A DNA stretch of 64,000 nt from Lingula anatina (lineage: Eukaryota; Animalia; Brachiopoda): NCBI GenBank assembly GCA_051362555.1, contig CM120644.1, forward strand, positions 2,612,954 through 2,676,953, in the 5' to 3' direction. Positions within the stretch are counted from its first letter, which is position 1; every line of letters starts with the position of its first letter. A program made the position numbers and the translations under genes. The notes beneath the pieces are model-generated. The model was not told where the DNA came from. It saw only the letters and a list, made by a program, of their open reading frames with translations, and made no database searches. Below, one piece after another: positions 12,405 through 25,624 of this stretch.

Positions 12405-14642
12405 CACTAGTGGGCTGGATTTGGTCTTAAAGTGCAATTTAAGTTCACAAGTGATCTTACACGATCTTAAACATTACAGCAGTAGTCTTAAAATGGACTG
12501 AATCTGCTTTTAAGATCAAAAGTGATCTAACATCTACTTAAGCGGTCAAGCAGTTTCCTCCCCTCACAATGGGGGATACCTCCCCTCACAATAGAGGACA
12601 CCTCTGCTCACAATAGGAGAGTGTTTAAGGGGAGACAACTTAATTGGCTGTTAGACCAGAAATAGTCTTACTCATAGGGACAGCCGGGCTGACGTCACGC
12701 GCCTTAGCAACCGACATCTGGGGTAAAACAAATCGGGCAACATGGCGGATCACATTGACTTCTATGTAAAAGTTGGCAGACTTTGTCCGAAGATATCATA
12801 CTTCACAGTGCCTGACCACTTACGTCAGTGAGGAAGAGTTATTTACCTGGTCGATTTCCTTTACAGGCCTTTGTAATTAGCCGCTGCACACCTGGTAAAG
12901 AGATAAAATCGGCCCTAACATAACTGCCGATCGTTATCTGTGATCGGGAATTTTACAGCAGAAGATTTTGCAAAGGCAGTGCTTGACCTTTTGTGTCTGG
13001 CGGGTTGAATCATTTACCTGGACTATTGAGTTAGCAGGCCTTTGTAATAAACTACTGTTTAACTTGTTATGGGATAAAATTGGTATTAACTGCATACGCA
13101 AATGTTCACCCTAAGTATATACATGTACATAATTTGGTGAAATAGGAATGGCTTCTTAGAACGTGGATCGTAAGAAAGGCCTGGAAAATGTGCAACACTG
13201 AGAAGTTTTTAGAATAAGATTTCTACAAATTGTGATTAAATCACCTGCTGCTGCAATACCCAGGGGAACGGGATAGGGGCAATGTCATCGGTCCCATGGC
13301 CTCTTTTGTCTGTATAGTAATAGGACAGCATAAGCAGTTGCTTGCTAACTTTTTGTTACCTGTATTAATATTGGCAGCTATACGTCTATGAGTGTTTACA
13401 ATCTTAGTGTACACTTTTCTGGTACGAAAATTGGCGAAATATCATGGACGACAGAACGTTTTAAAAGTTTCAAAACGCACAAGGTTAAAATTAAATTGAA
13501 TAACAAACACGGTAATAAAGCTGTATGTTATTTTACCATTTAAGGTCGCTTTATTTATGGCAACTTTTTTATATTTTACTTGATAACTTAAAGATTTAGA
13601 CATTAACTCACAGGTTTGTCAATATATTGACGTACGTTTTTATCTTATCTTAATAACATTCTCAGTTAACTTACAACAAAAAAGTTTGACGTTATAGTCC
13701 ATCAATTTTAACTAAAAGAATTTATAAACCGTCACACATGCCAAAACAAGATGCAATCTCAATTTCTTGTAAATATTACTTATTAATTCCTGTAACAAAC
13801 GACAAACATAAATACCAAACAAGGTACAGTGACTTTCTCCTTATCTATAATAAAATAATCTATACACACATACATCAATCCCGTAGTGCATGTATAGCTA
13901 TGACCAAATCTTGTTTCGATCAACAATCCCGTCTTTAGTCACGTTTGCACGACCTATAGGCTGCAATAGTCGTTTACTTTTCCGTGGGTCTTTGAAATTT
14001 AACAAATCCCATTAGAATTTATTAATGTGTTGGTAGTGTCACCTGGTTAACAGCAAGCTTCCACAATTTCACTTTTGTTCGTGCCTGAGAGTTAAACAGT
14101 GCTGTTCAATTCAGTAGGCCTGCAAAATCTACCCCGTCATATGTGTCAGCACTATATGCAACATCAACAGTTATTATAGTACAATTGAAACCTTCCTTGA
14201 TAATATCAGTTGTTTCCATATGCTTTTCTTTTCAAAGAGATGTGAATATCATGCTCATCCAGGTAAGCTAATGGGTCTTTGCAATCTACCACTGTAAGAT
14301 TCCCGATCACAGATAACGATCGGCAGTTAAGGCCGATTTTATCTCTTGACCAGGTGAGCAGTGGCTAATTACAAAGGCCTGTAAAGGAAATCGACCAGGT
14401 AAATAACTCTTCCTCACTGACACAAGTGGTAAGGCACTGTGAAGCATGATATCTTCGGACGAACTCTGCCAACTTTTACATAGAAGTCAATGCGATCCGC
14501 CATGTTGCCCGATTTGTTTTACCCCAGATGCCGGTTGCTAAGGTAAAGTGCCCGGATGACCAACTGTCCCTATGGTTTAAGATCATGTAAGACTATTTGT
14601 GAACTTAATTTGCACTTTAAGACCAAATCAAGCCCACTAGTG
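12405..14642. mobile_element. Non-autonomous CACTA/EnSpm-like DNA transposon (2.24 kb)
   Basis: ~68-bp TIRs CACTAGTGGGCT... / ...AGCCCACTAGTG with a 3-bp TSD AAG (12402-12404, 14643-14645). The empty site CAACAAGGCCTC is visible in the duplicate at ~35889-35900. A second ~280-bp inverted pair lies inside (12674-12958 / 14292-14573). Confidence 0.9.
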
Positions 14643-14699
14643 AAGGCCTCTTCAATTCCTTCTGCGTGTCTCTTGAAATGGCCTCACACGGTTAAGTAA

Positions 14700-14870
14700 A
14701 ACGGATTTTTTTTTCTGACTTTAGCATGTAGTTTAAATGTATCTTGTCTTATCAAGAACTCTTCATTTGCTCATGGGTAATTTTCTTTTCATCTTTTTGC
14801 AACGCTCCATATAATTTTAACACACTTCCAAAACTAGCCGGATTAAAGGGGTCATACTATAATGTCCTTT
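14700..14870 (-). pseudogene. Maverick retroviral-like integrase N-terminal remnant, lineage 1, copy A
   Basis: L*YDPFNPASFGSVLKLY..ITHEQM/EFLIRQDTFKLHAKVRKK matches the YYDP..PASFG..KLY / QDTYTLH start of Polinton integrases. Confidence 0.75.
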
Positions 14871-15474
14871 TTTTTAAAGGCTCAACTGACCAGCTTAAAG
14901 CATAAGGACAACATGACTAGTTGTGGAAAAATACAATACTACGATCTTTGAATTGAAAATGTTCTGGAGAGTTTGTAAATGGTAAGTTAAATATACTGGA
15001 AATTTATCTTGCAAAAGAAAAAAACAACTACAGATTTACATTTTCATTTATTTTTATTTCTGCTCAAAGATCACCGGCCCTTGTCGTATTCAAGCTAAAT
15101 CGCAAAAAAAATCGCAAAAAACAACAATGCTGCTCAAGAAAATGTTTTTTGGGGAGATTTTTTTCCAAAACGTAAACAAGATGGCGGCCTACAAATGTAC
15201 TTGTTATTCGGATACTGAAAGTGCACCTAAGATTTATTCTATCCTATTGCCACAAATTACACCCTGTGCGTGTCCATCTCTGGGAAAAAAAGAATGCTTA
15301 ATTACGGAGACAAACAAGGCTTTTGAGCTTCTAGCATGGTATAATTATTCTCTATCTACCCGCAATTGACAAATTTACATTCACATATTCTTATATAAAA
15401 CGTTTTCGCAATCTATGAAACAACATTATATTATGTGGTAAACAAAACTTAACCGGCTAAATTACCAGCTCTGC

Positions 15475-15931
15475 CTACCCGTCAATAATGCCGTCTAACA
15501 TCTTTAAAAAGAAAAATATGTTTATTTTTGCTTTGTTGACACTTTTTAAAGTAATCTTGGACAGTTTATATCTTTGTGTATGTTTCCCACTTTAACGCAT
15601 TATGCTACAAGACATTCTATTAGATATATGAATAAATGTTGTGTTTACCTTTTCGGTGGGGTAACGATAAACGTCACCCTCCATTATTTGGATTGGGTCT
15701 TCCGAGTCCCGTAAAAAATGATATAACTTAAAATATTTATCAGAAATACCAAATAAAATATTGAATAAATATGTATGATAAAGCTATGCACAATTGTTTG
15801 CATGAATCATTAGAATATATGATGTAAAAGATACTTACGTCCACTCTGAACACCTCAACCATCATATCCTCCGTATAAAAAATTAGTACCAGGTGCTTGC
15901 AGCTGACGCAGCGGTAGAGTAAAAATACCAT
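15475..15931 (-). pseudogene. Three-exon CxxC-H microprotein gene (~59 aa), one of five copies
   Basis: Exon 15931-15839 MVFLLYRCVSCKHLVLIFYTEDMMVEVFRVD|GTAAGT. Exon 15708-15649 DSEDPIQIMEGDVYRYPTEK|GTAAAC (acceptor GG here, AG in the 20.2- and 40.4-kb copies). Exon 15501-15475 MLDGIIDG*. All joins are phase 0. Other copies lie at ~19938-20396, 22176-22441, 36350-36626 and 40240-40669. Confidence 0.5.
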
Positions 15932-16244
15932 GTTTAGGATGAGAAGTCTGTCAGATTTCTCCGTATCTATACAGCAAAATACAATGACAGTCTTGTATTG
16001 CGTCGGAGAATCTTTACAAGGAACGCCGTTGTATAATCGTCTTGAAAAAAAACTGCCAAACGTTCTGGAAAATCACTTGATCTTTTTAGGCAGTGCATGA
16101 TAATTTTTTCTAAATCGCATATAGTGTTTTCTAAATAACAGCACCTAGGACCGACTCTTCTGAGTCAGCCACTACGACCCACTTTTCTTCTGAGTCGTCC
16201 GCTATGACTTGATAAAATTTGACTTAAAATGTTAAAACGCACCT

Positions 16245-16442
16245 CATCTTTCACCTTCTTCTTCATCGTCGTCACTGTTCGTTAAATCTATTACCTCGAC
16301 ATCATCTTCTTCGTCGTCGTCGAGGTTTGTGATTTCTACGACCTTGACGTCCTCCATTGTAATCGATTCATCGTCAGAGTCGAGGTCCATGACTTCGACT
16401 TCACCGGTTTCACCATCCGTTAGGACGATGAACTGTTCTATC
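16245..16442 (-). pseudogene. Acidic poly-SIM-like exon, copy 1
   Basis: After TTTTTTTCCAG: IEQFIVLTDGETGEVEVMDLDSDDESITMEDVKVVEITNLDDDEEDDVEVIDLTNSDDDEEEGER*. Other copies lie at 18774-19028, 22723-22922 and 39105-39262. Confidence 0.55.
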
Positions 16443-16488
16443 TGGAAAAAAAATGTTTGCTATTGTCACAACAAACTAAGAAAAATTA

Positions 16489-17651
16489 CACTCTAAACTT
16501 GACTGGGTTAATTTTGACCCATATTGGGTTAATTTTTTTAACCCAGTGCTGGGTTAAAATAGCACCTACCCAATTTGGGTTAATTTAACCCAGCAAGTTG
16601 GGTTAAAATATCAACCCAGCACTTGGGTTATAATTTTGACCCAAATTTGGGTTGTTTTAACCCAAATATTAGGTTATTTAAACTTACCATTGGGTCAACC
16701 ACCCCTACTAATTTCCCTTTACAAATTACTTAATTCTACTGATTTACAAGCTTCTAAACTGTAAAATGACAAGATTTTTTTTCAAAATACAATTCAACCT
16801 TTATTCTGTAATGCAACTACCATAATTTCATACATAAAATCACATGGAAAAATATATGCATGTAAAACTCTGATACATGTAACAACTTCCTTAAATGCTA
16901 GTGGAATGATTACGATACACATACATATGTTGCACTACCTGTACAACAAAAACAGAAATGGAAACACAGTTAACCTCAAATTTCTAAGTATACAGTATGA
17001 ACAAGAACAAATATTATAAAACCTTTTAAAATCTCAATTAAAAAAGTCCACAGTTAACAAGCAGTCATCACTCCTCATTTTCACTGATTCAGCCGTGCCA
17101 CTGGTACATGTACATGTAGCACCCCATTCTCATAGATTAGATCGACCTACATTGGATCGACCTAACTCCCTGGGGGTTCACGCTAAATAGCTGTCAGCCG
17201 GGCGGACACGAAAGTTAATTACCCCTTAAAGCTTGTAGTAGGCGGGGACGGACACTTAAGGGGGATTATCTGACAGTAATCTAGTGAGACTCCCCGCGGT
17301 GATAGATCGATCTAAAAGTTGTGAGAACAGAGCCTAGCTCAGTATTGTCCTCTTACACCAAGTCATTGGAGAAAAATCCACTCAGGGACTTTATAAGTGG
17401 AGAAGGTTCACCTTCATCAGAAATCTTGTACACAACATGCTGGAAAAACTCCCACACTGTGAAACATGGTAAAGGGTAGTCAAGGTCCAAGATGTAGAAA
17501 GTCTTGAAACAGAGATCTACTGCTTGTAGGAGGGTGTCACACCGTATGGCTCTTTGCTCTATGACAACAAAGGCTTCCACTGGATGACGTGAGTTAGTGC
17601 CCATATATGTTTTACATAATTTCACATTATGTTCTGCTCTCTTATTATGAG

Positions 17652-17691
<40 letters not shown>

Positions 17692-17900
17692 TTTGTTGGT
17701 ATATTCTTTTACTCCCATGGAACTGGCTCTGGGTTAATTTCGGTATTTCAACGCTCTGGCACACTTTGTGAAGCTGGATCCTCTAAAAAAATCGAGATTT
17801 TTATTTTGGTTTAACTTGTTAAAATATTTGTGACTGCTTGGATGACTTTAATAGACCTCGTTGAAGAAATTGAACTATTTTTTTCACCGTGCAAACATTG
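16489..17900 (-). mobile_element. Truncated animal EnSpm/CACTA element with companion-ORF remnant
   Basis: Begins TA|CACTCTAAA with palindromic subterminal TGGGTTAA..AACCCA repeats (16500-16700). It is absent from the paralogous sites at ~19070, 22960 and 39300. ORF 17353-17600 LLQAVDLCFKTFYILDLDYP..C..VWEFFQ resembles the SAMD3-like C-terminus of animal CACTA second ORFs. Confidence 0.7.
17120..17334. mobile_element. PIF/Harbinger-type MITE (family also at ~5611-5680, 43420-43650, 47390-47425, 62054-62262)
   Basis: Short imperfect TIRs, TAG/TAG flanks, and the core GATCGACCTAACTCCCTGGGGGTTCACGCTAAAT shared with the other copies. Confidence 0.7.
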
Positions 17901-17972
17901 TTTAAACTAGAATTACAAATTAAATCAAGTTTAATTATGTTAAAACATGAATGCAAAGGTATCACTTACTGA

Positions 17973-18120
17973 TCAATCCAAAATAATTGGATTGCGCTCT
18001 GACCCGTAGGGAACTTCCAGTTCCGCCATCAGTAACAATAACAATATTTCCTCCGTACATATGAGGAAAAAATCATTTCTTCCGTCTTCTGTTTCGATGA
18101 AGATACGGAAAATAATAATT
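17973..18120 (-). pseudogene. GSxxNPIILD microprotein, copy with damaged start
   Basis: IFRIFIETEDGRNDFFLICTEEILLLLLMAELEVPYGSERNPIILD* is followed by a GTAAGT donor. Homologous to 24782-24925 and 34452-34604. Confidence 0.65.
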
Positions 18121-18773
18121 ATTATTATTTTTTTTTTGGGGGTGAGTAGCTCAGCTAACAAATACCTAACTGTTATTTAGACACTGTGTACAAGTTATTA
18201 ACCCAGCAGAACGCACTAAACGATGCAGTTCCAAGGCAATGATGCACTAAAACTGTTTTTAATTAATTTAAAAACAATGGAATTACGTGATGTTGCAATG
18301 ACAGTTAATGTTTAAATTCAGTATGTAGTTCCATTGACATTTGATGTTGAAAAAATACGTAACCCACTAATTGATCATAAAACAATACACTTACGTGTTG
18401 TTACGTCACAATTAGTCTTACGTGTTGTAATGTCACAATTACATATCAGGTTCCCAATGGCAATGAACAAAATGAATATGCATTATTACGTCATAATTAC
18501 ATATCAGATCCCATTGGTGAAGGACAAAAATAATCACGCATTGTTACATCATAATTACATAATTGGTCCCCAGATGCCACAATCCAACTAAGGGTAGTGT
18601 ATCAATGCATTGTAACGTATTATAATTAACATAACATAATGTAATAATGTCATAATGTCTTTGGCAGGAAAATACCACATTTACCCAGAAAAATATGAAT
18701 ACATTTAGCCAACAACATGTTTTAAATTAGGCGTCACTGCTAAAATTTGACTCAAAATGTTAAAACTCACTAT

Positions 18774-19028
18774 TCATTTATTTTCTTCATCTTCCCATTC
18801 CTCCCCTTCGTCGATGTTGGTGAGGTCTACGACCTCGATGTTATCATCCATTATAACGCTTTCATCATCTGAATCTAGGTCTGTGACCTCAATTTCTCCA
18901 GTTTCATCATCGATGTTGGTGATGTCTACGACCTCGATATTTTCATCTATGATAATGCTTTCATCAACATCATCTATGACTTCCATTTCTCCCGTTTCAT
19001 CGTCCGTTTGAACGATGAACTGTTCTAC
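18774..19028 (-). CDS. Acidic poly-SIM-like exon, open copy with an internal duplication
   Basis: After TTTTTTTCAG: VEQFIVQTDDETGEMEVIDDVDESIIIDENIEVVDITNIDDETGEIEVTDLDSDDESVIMDDNIEVVDLTNIDEGEEWEDEENK*. The upstream exon was not identified. Confidence 0.5.
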   Translation of the reverse strand, partial: VEQFIVQTDDETGEMEVIDDVDESIIIDENIEVVDITNIDDETGEIEVTDLDSDDESVIMDDNIEVVDLTNIDEGEEWEDEENK

Positions 19029-20579
19029 CTGAAAAAAATGTTCTCTATTGTCACAACCAACTAAGAAAAATTAAACAAAATAATGAGGCTGGTCCCTATC
19101 TAAAACTTAATGCCCCTTGACCTCTTAAAAAGTCTTGGCAACAATGAGGATAAGTGACCAAAAATTGGAAATTGAACGTGGGCGCTTCACTAAACCAAAG
19201 ACTTGTCAACATTGTATTTTAAAAGCGTGTATCCCTGCGCAGATGAGAGTACTTTGCTGCCGCTATGATTATATATTTTATAGAAGTTTGAGAGCCTGTA
19301 AATGTTAATCATTTCTTTGTGCTCAATAAACTATTATTATATTGTACAGCCGCTGTGGTTGACTCTTCTTCTGAGTCAGCAGCTATGACTGACTCTTCTT
19401 CTGAGTCAGCCGCTATGACTGACTCTTCTTCTGAGTTGGCAGCTATGACTGGCTCTTCTTCTGAGTCGGCCTCTTCCTTTGGAATCGGTGTCCATTACGG
19501 ACAATATGATTGCTTGTGGAGATATACACCACAATCTTTGAATTGAAAATGTTCTGTCGTAAATGGTAATGAAAATTTACTGTCGTAAATGGTAAGGTCA
19601 ATATGCTGGAAATTTATCGTGCCAAAAAAAACAACAACTACAAATTTACATTCTTCAATTATTTTTATTTTTGCTTAAAGATCACCCTGTGCGTGATACA
19701 TTTTTCTATTTTTGCTTGTGCGTGTTTAGTCCATCTCTGAAAAAAAAATCCTTAATTACAGAGACAAACAAGGCTTTTGAGCTTCTAGCATAGTATAATT
19801 ATTCTCTATCTACCCGCAAATGACAAATTTACATCCACATATCCTTATGTAAAACGTTTTAGCATTCAGTGAAACGACATTATATTATGTGGTAAACAAA
19901 ACTTACCCGGCTAAATTACCGGCTCTGCCTACCCGGCTAATTATCGATAATGACGTCTAACATCTGTAAAAAGAAAAAAAATGTTCATTATTGCTTCGTG
20001 GACGCTTTTTTTAGTAATCTTGGACAGTTTATATCTTTGTGTATGTTTCCCACTTTAACGCAGTATGCTACAAGACATTCTATTAGATATATGAATAAAT
20101 GTTGTGTTTACCTTTTCCATGGGGTACCGATACAGTTCCCCCTCAATTATGTCAAAAGGGGCCTTCTGAGTCCTGTAAAAAAATTATATAATTTAAAATA
20201 TTTACCGAAAATACTTAATAAAACACTAAATAAATACGTATGATAAAGCTATGCACAATTGTCTGCATGAATCGTTAGAACATATGATGTTAAAGATACG
20301 TACGCCCACTCGGAAGACCTCAACCTTTACATCTTCTATTAAAAAAATCAAGACCAGGTGCTTGCACCTGACGCAGCGGTACAATAAAAATTCTATGTTT
20401 TGGATCTGTCAGATTTCTCCACACTTATAAAGCAAAATACAATGACAGTCATGTATTAAGTCGGAGAATCTTTACAAGGAACGCCGTATAATCGTCTGGA
20501 AAGAAAACGGCCAAATGTTCTGGAAAATCACTTGATCTCTTCTGGGCAGTGGGTGATAATTTTTTCTAAATCCCATTTA

Positions 20580-21792
20580 GTGCAAGACGTTACAATTGCA
20601 GGTGAGAATTTTCCAAAAAAGTTACCTCTGTAAATACTATTCTTAGCGATGTTTTTGAAATGCATATATGTTAAGGCTTGCAAATAAGAATTTTCGGCAT
20701 CAAGATCCCATATGGTACGATGTTACAGTGTTTCAATAGCAGGCATCACGAAGCCCTAAATTGGTCACTGTTATGTACGTTGTGCTTGACAGCACCTCAA
20801 AGAAGTGAATCCTGGCTCCATAAAAGATGCTTCAACTCCATTTGAATCAGAGTTTCTTATCGACTGGGAAGAATAGAAGGTAAAATCACAGATGCAATCG
20901 GAACTAACGTTTAATCAAGCATAATTGGGTAAGGAAACGATACGGTTAAAATATGAACGAGAAAATTTTCCATATCAACACAAATACGTTGTTTTGGTAA
21001 ACTAGGTGGCTTGCTACGCCAGCATTGCAAAGCTATTCATTATGCTCTTCCTACTTTGAAAAACACAAGAGGTCTTGGAAGTAGTAATGGTTTGGCGATA
21101 AATGGAATTACCATGAAACACAGCTGCATTTCCTGAATGATGTTAAAGGTAACGTACATTTCAACTTTTAAGAACTGACATCTACTTACTCATCTAAAAA
21201 TAAAATGACTTAATGAAGTCACCTGCCGAAAGCAAATGATATCCAGAGTACATCGTAATCGAAACTCATGGATTTCACAACTGAACCGAGTATAATTAAT
21301 GTCGTTAAACAGAATTCAACAGACCGTAACGTACATTAAAGAAGTTTAGCCATAGGTATGCTATGTAGACCCTACTACAACATGCACTCATCGCAGATGT
21401 AATCACCCTGGCCATCGTATGCTGAGCAGGATTCGTGCGCCCAGTGCAAGCACCTTTTGCACTGAATCTAATCTTCCCGGATGGGTTCGATGTACTGCTC
21501 ATTGCAGAACAAGCAGAAGTAATTCTGAACGAGTGACATGCCGCTGCCTTTTCTTTTCGGTACAGGCTCCTTCATACCCGTGGTCTTCCCCCTGTTACTC
21601 TTTCCTTTCCCTTTTCTACCCTTGCCTTTAGCCTTGGTGGAATCTACCCGTGAAGACTTGTTAATGCTTGACGTTACAGATACACCAGACGGCCCGGGCC
21701 GGACACCTTCGAACGCATCGGAGATGAACTATATGCAGACTGGGTTTCTCGGAGGTCTGAGCTGTGACCAGCGATTCTGTGGTCCACGTGCT
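20580..21792 (-). mobile_element. pogo/Tigger-like transposase 3' fragment with C-terminal PHD finger
   Basis: At ~21375-21525: YFCLFCNEQYIEPIRED*IQCKRCLHWAHESCSAYDGQGDYICDECML*, preceded by a Lys-rich linker. This is typical of pogo-group DDE transposase tails, with a TAG at the expected Trp. Confidence 0.7.
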
Positions 21793-22999
21793 AAGGGGGG
21801 TTCCAACTCAGCTAAAAATAGCATTAGCAGATGTATTATGATATCATCTGTATAGATCACAAAGGAAAACTCTTTTCTGTCTTCGAGTTCTATGACAATT
21901 CTGGAAATCATTTTTCTGTGGTGGGTAGCTCAGCTAACAAATGCCTAACTGTTATTTAGACGCTGTGTACAAGTTAAAATCCCAGTAGAACCAAGGCAAC
22001 GACGCACTAAAACTGTTTATACTGCAATTTTATTACACAATTTTATTTGCCTTAAATGCGTTCTTTTGTGCCAAGCTCGTTCTAGATTGCAACGGAAAGG
22101 GGGACTGAATGAAGTCTGTTACATAATTCCCAGCTTAGGTCGGTTGGTGCAACACGTGCCAAGATAAGCCGCCTCGATAAACGTCACCCTCCATTATTTG
22201 GATTGGGTCTTCCGAGTCCCGTAAAAAATGATATAACTTAAAATATTTATCAGAAATACGAAATAATCTATTGAATAAATACCTATGATAAAGCTATGCA
22301 CAATTGTTTGCATGAATCGTTAGAATATATGATGTAAAAGATACTTACGTCCACTCTGAACACCTCAACCATCATATCCTCCGTATAAAAAATTAGTACC
22401 AGGTGATTGCAGCTGATGCAGCGGTAGAGTAAAAATTCCATGTTTAGGATGAGAAGTCTGTCAGATTTCTCCGTATCTATACAGCAAAATACATTGACAG
22501 TCGTGTATTGCATCGGAGAATCTTTACAAGGAAGGCCGTTGTATAATCGTCTTGAAAAAAAACTGCCAAACATTCTGGAAAATCACTTGATCTTTTCTGG
22601 GCAGTGCGTGATAATTTTTTCTAAATCGCATATAGTGTTTTCTAAATAACAGCAGCTAGGACCGACTCTTCTGAGTCAGCCACTACGACTTGATAAAATT
22701 TGACTTAAAATGTTAAAACGCACCTCATCTTTCACCTTCTTCTTCATCGTCGTCGCTGTTCGTTAAATCTATTACCTCGACATCATCTTCTTCATCGTCG
22801 TCGAGGTTTGTGATTTCTACGACCTCTACGTCCTCCATTGTAATCGATTCATCGTCAGAGTCGAGGTCCATGACTTCGACTTCACCGGTTTCACCGTCCA
22901 TTAGGACGATGAACTGTTCTATCTGGAAAAATATGTTGGCTATTGTGACAACAAACTAAGAAAAAATAAACAAAATCATGGGGCTGATCCCCATCTAAT

Positions 23000-24570
23000 A
23001 CTTTGTCGTCCAACAGGGTAAAATATGCACCTCCTACGTTCTGAAAGAGGTACTGTAGCTCGCAGGGGCCACAGAAAAACGAGGCAAATGACAACTGGCA
23101 TATTCCTTTACTTGAGCTTTATTTTCAAATATTCTCAGGTTGAAACAGCCGTGTAACTAAAACAAAGAAAATACAATTGTCACTTATTTGTCTAGATGGT
23201 ATCACCACTTCTCACATAACATCCGAGTTTATAATACAAATTACAAATTAAATACATTTAGCAACCAGGTTATTAATTAATAAATTATATAATATAAACA
23301 AAGCAATACTGATAAATACATTATGTATAAAATTGGCATAAACATCTTACCATTATGCCTCTACTGGGTAAACATGAAATTGCCACTGCATTTCTACACC
23401 TCTGCAGTACACACCTAACTGACCCACACTCTCCTGGGTGTGACAACTAGGACTATTCACTTATGCTAATGGAGTCCTTTTATTAGAAGAATGTGATAGA
23501 TGTGCTTGCTCAGCATATCTGATGCAATAAACCATAAACAAAGTTTGGTACAATCATTTTGTTCTTACAGGTACTTTAACGTCAACCCAGGCATGCTTAT
23601 GCCGTCTTTGAACATATCAATACCTCTTTCTTCGTAGAATGTAAACATTTTACCCACAGCTTCTAACATTGGAACAACATCTTTATTGTTGTACCATGTG
23701 AGAAAATCACGCATGGTTTTCATGTTGTTCTCCCGCAAAACGTGTTTGCACAATGCGTAATCTTCTTCACTAATGGTGGTTTGTTTCAAGTTGGAATAAA
23801 AAGCGTCTAGAGGAGGAATGTCGGTATGCTCGAGTTTATCCAAGGAGTCCATCCATTCGTACGGAAAGAACCCCTTGGATTCGTTGCACTCAAACGCCCT
23901 AAGAAATTGGCTGTAACTACAACCAGGAGCTAGGTAATTGCAAATATCCAAAATTTTAAGGCTATCTGACTTCAACACCATAAAGTTGTTGTTTCGCTTT
24001 ACCACAAAACGTATCTCTTCCGCGTTTAACAACAGTGGAAAAAACAACTTTTTCATGGCGTTTAAGTCATAGTGCCCGCTGTTAAACCCTAATACAGGCA
24101 ATTCTTTTAAATACTTGCGAAACTTTTTGCTTAGTTTTGTTAAATAATGTCTTGTTAATGCGGTGTCTTCGTCACCGTCATCGTCCGTATTCTCACTCTC
24201 ACTTTCCATATCTTTGGCAATTTTTTTATCTAGTTCTTCAAAAACCCAGCTAAACTTGTCTGTTTGAATCTTTTCGGCTGCGCGGCTCATGTCTTGTAAG
24301 TTGTCTATGAACTGTTGCACAGCTAGCGATGGCTCACCGTTAGAAATAATGCACTCAGGTTTGGTGTACCCGGGTACATTGCTGCACACGCTTACACTTA
24401 GAAATTGGTGTTCGTTTTCCAAGCGAAGCGTTTGGCCGTGTTCGGGGTGTTCGTGTTTAGACAAGAGGCACTCGATATCGAATGTGGCTCGATATCGGTA
24501 GTATCGGTCTTCCTTGGGGATAACAATGCCTTCGTCTTCGAGTTGTTCAAAGATTGTTTGCGGAGTTTTT
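23000..24570 (-). pseudogene. Maverick PolB exonuclease-region fragment, lineage 2 (divergent copy)
   Basis: YRYRATFDIECLL, VLGFNSGHYDL, KGFFPYEW, YNNKDV and DMFKDGISMPGLTLKY, resuming after a solo LTR as LFQNVGGAYFTLLDDK. Clearly homologous to, but diverged from, 29104-31851. Confidence 0.9.
23054..23569 (+). mobile_element. Solo LTR (516 bp) of a BEL/Pao- or Copia-type retrotransposon
   Basis: TGTAG...TTACA termini, a perfect 5-bp TSD GGTAC (23049-23053, 23570-23574) and AATAAA at 23526. It splits the PolB codons KY|LF. Confidence 0.85.
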
Positions 24571-24781
24571 GTGTTGTCTCATGAATTTATATAAACACAT
24601 TGACTTGTGAAAAAATCATCTGCGACCCTGGCAGAACGATATATGTATACTCACTTGACATGTTTTATTTGTCTGCTGGGATGAGTTTTATAGACCCCTT
24701 TGAAGAAATCACGCGAATATTGTTTAAATTAAATCAAGTTTAATTACGTTAAAACATGAATACATAGGTAACACTTACCGG

Positions 24782-24925
24782 TTAATTCAAAATAATTGGA
24801 TTTCTTTCAGAGCCATAGGGAACCTCAAGCTCTGCCATTAACAAGAGGAGCATTATCTCCTCCGTGGATATAACGAAGCAAAAAAGCCTCCCATCCTCCG
24901 TCAAAATGCTAATGTGAAACAACAT
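24782..24925 (-). CDS. 47-aa Maverick terminal microprotein ending GSERNPIILN
   Basis: ATG to TAA: MLFHISILTEDGRLFCFVISTEEIMLLLLMAELEVPYGSERNPIILN*, with GTAAGT just after the stop. Divergence from the 18-kb copy in the C-terminal part is almost entirely synonymous. Confidence 0.7.
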   Translation of the reverse strand: MLFHISILTEDGRLFCFVISTEEIMLLLLMAELEVPYGSERNPIILN

Positions 24926-24959
24926 TTCGAATTAATTTTAGTTCTATCGTTGCGAACGG

Positions 24960-25585
24960 GTGCCTGCTGTGAACTGTTATAAAGACCGGTTGTAATCCAG
25001 TAGGACGCGATAAACAACGCGGTCCCAAGGCAACAACGCACGCTAACTGTTTATGCTGCAATTTCATCACACAATTTTATTTACCTTAAATGCATTCTTT
25101 TGTGTCGAGCACAGTACCGCAACGTAAAGGGGAACCAAATGAACTCTGTTACATAATTCTTAGCGCAGGTCGGTTGGTGAAATATGCGCCAAGATGAGTA
25201 GTTCATTTGGTGTCCTGTAGGTGTCAAGATAAGACACATCCTAGATTGCAGATCAGTTGGTGAAATACGCGCAAAAATCAGTAGTTCACTTGGTGTCCGG
25301 TAGGTGTCAAGATAAGACACATCCTAGATTAAATAACATTCAAATAAGTGATACTTATTGATTTCAAAACAATGTCTGATTACACTGTTAATTAATTCAT
25401 GAAACTATTCTGTTGCCATTGTAATTAATTTAAAAACAATAGAGTTACGTTATGGCAGTTCATTTTTATGTGTAATACGTAGTTCCGTTGATGATGAAAC
25501 AATACGTAACCCACTAATTGATCGTAAGGAATGAACAAAATGATAACGCATTGTTACGTCATAATCACATAACAGGTCCCACGAA

Positions 25586-25624
<39 letters not shown>

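Noticed and set aside
18774-20396. Splicing the CxxC exon (20304) directly to the poly-SIM exon (19028)
   Set aside because: The phases are compatible, but nearer acceptors give two small in-frame exons with a stop at ~19938, so the SIM exon probably belongs to another gene.
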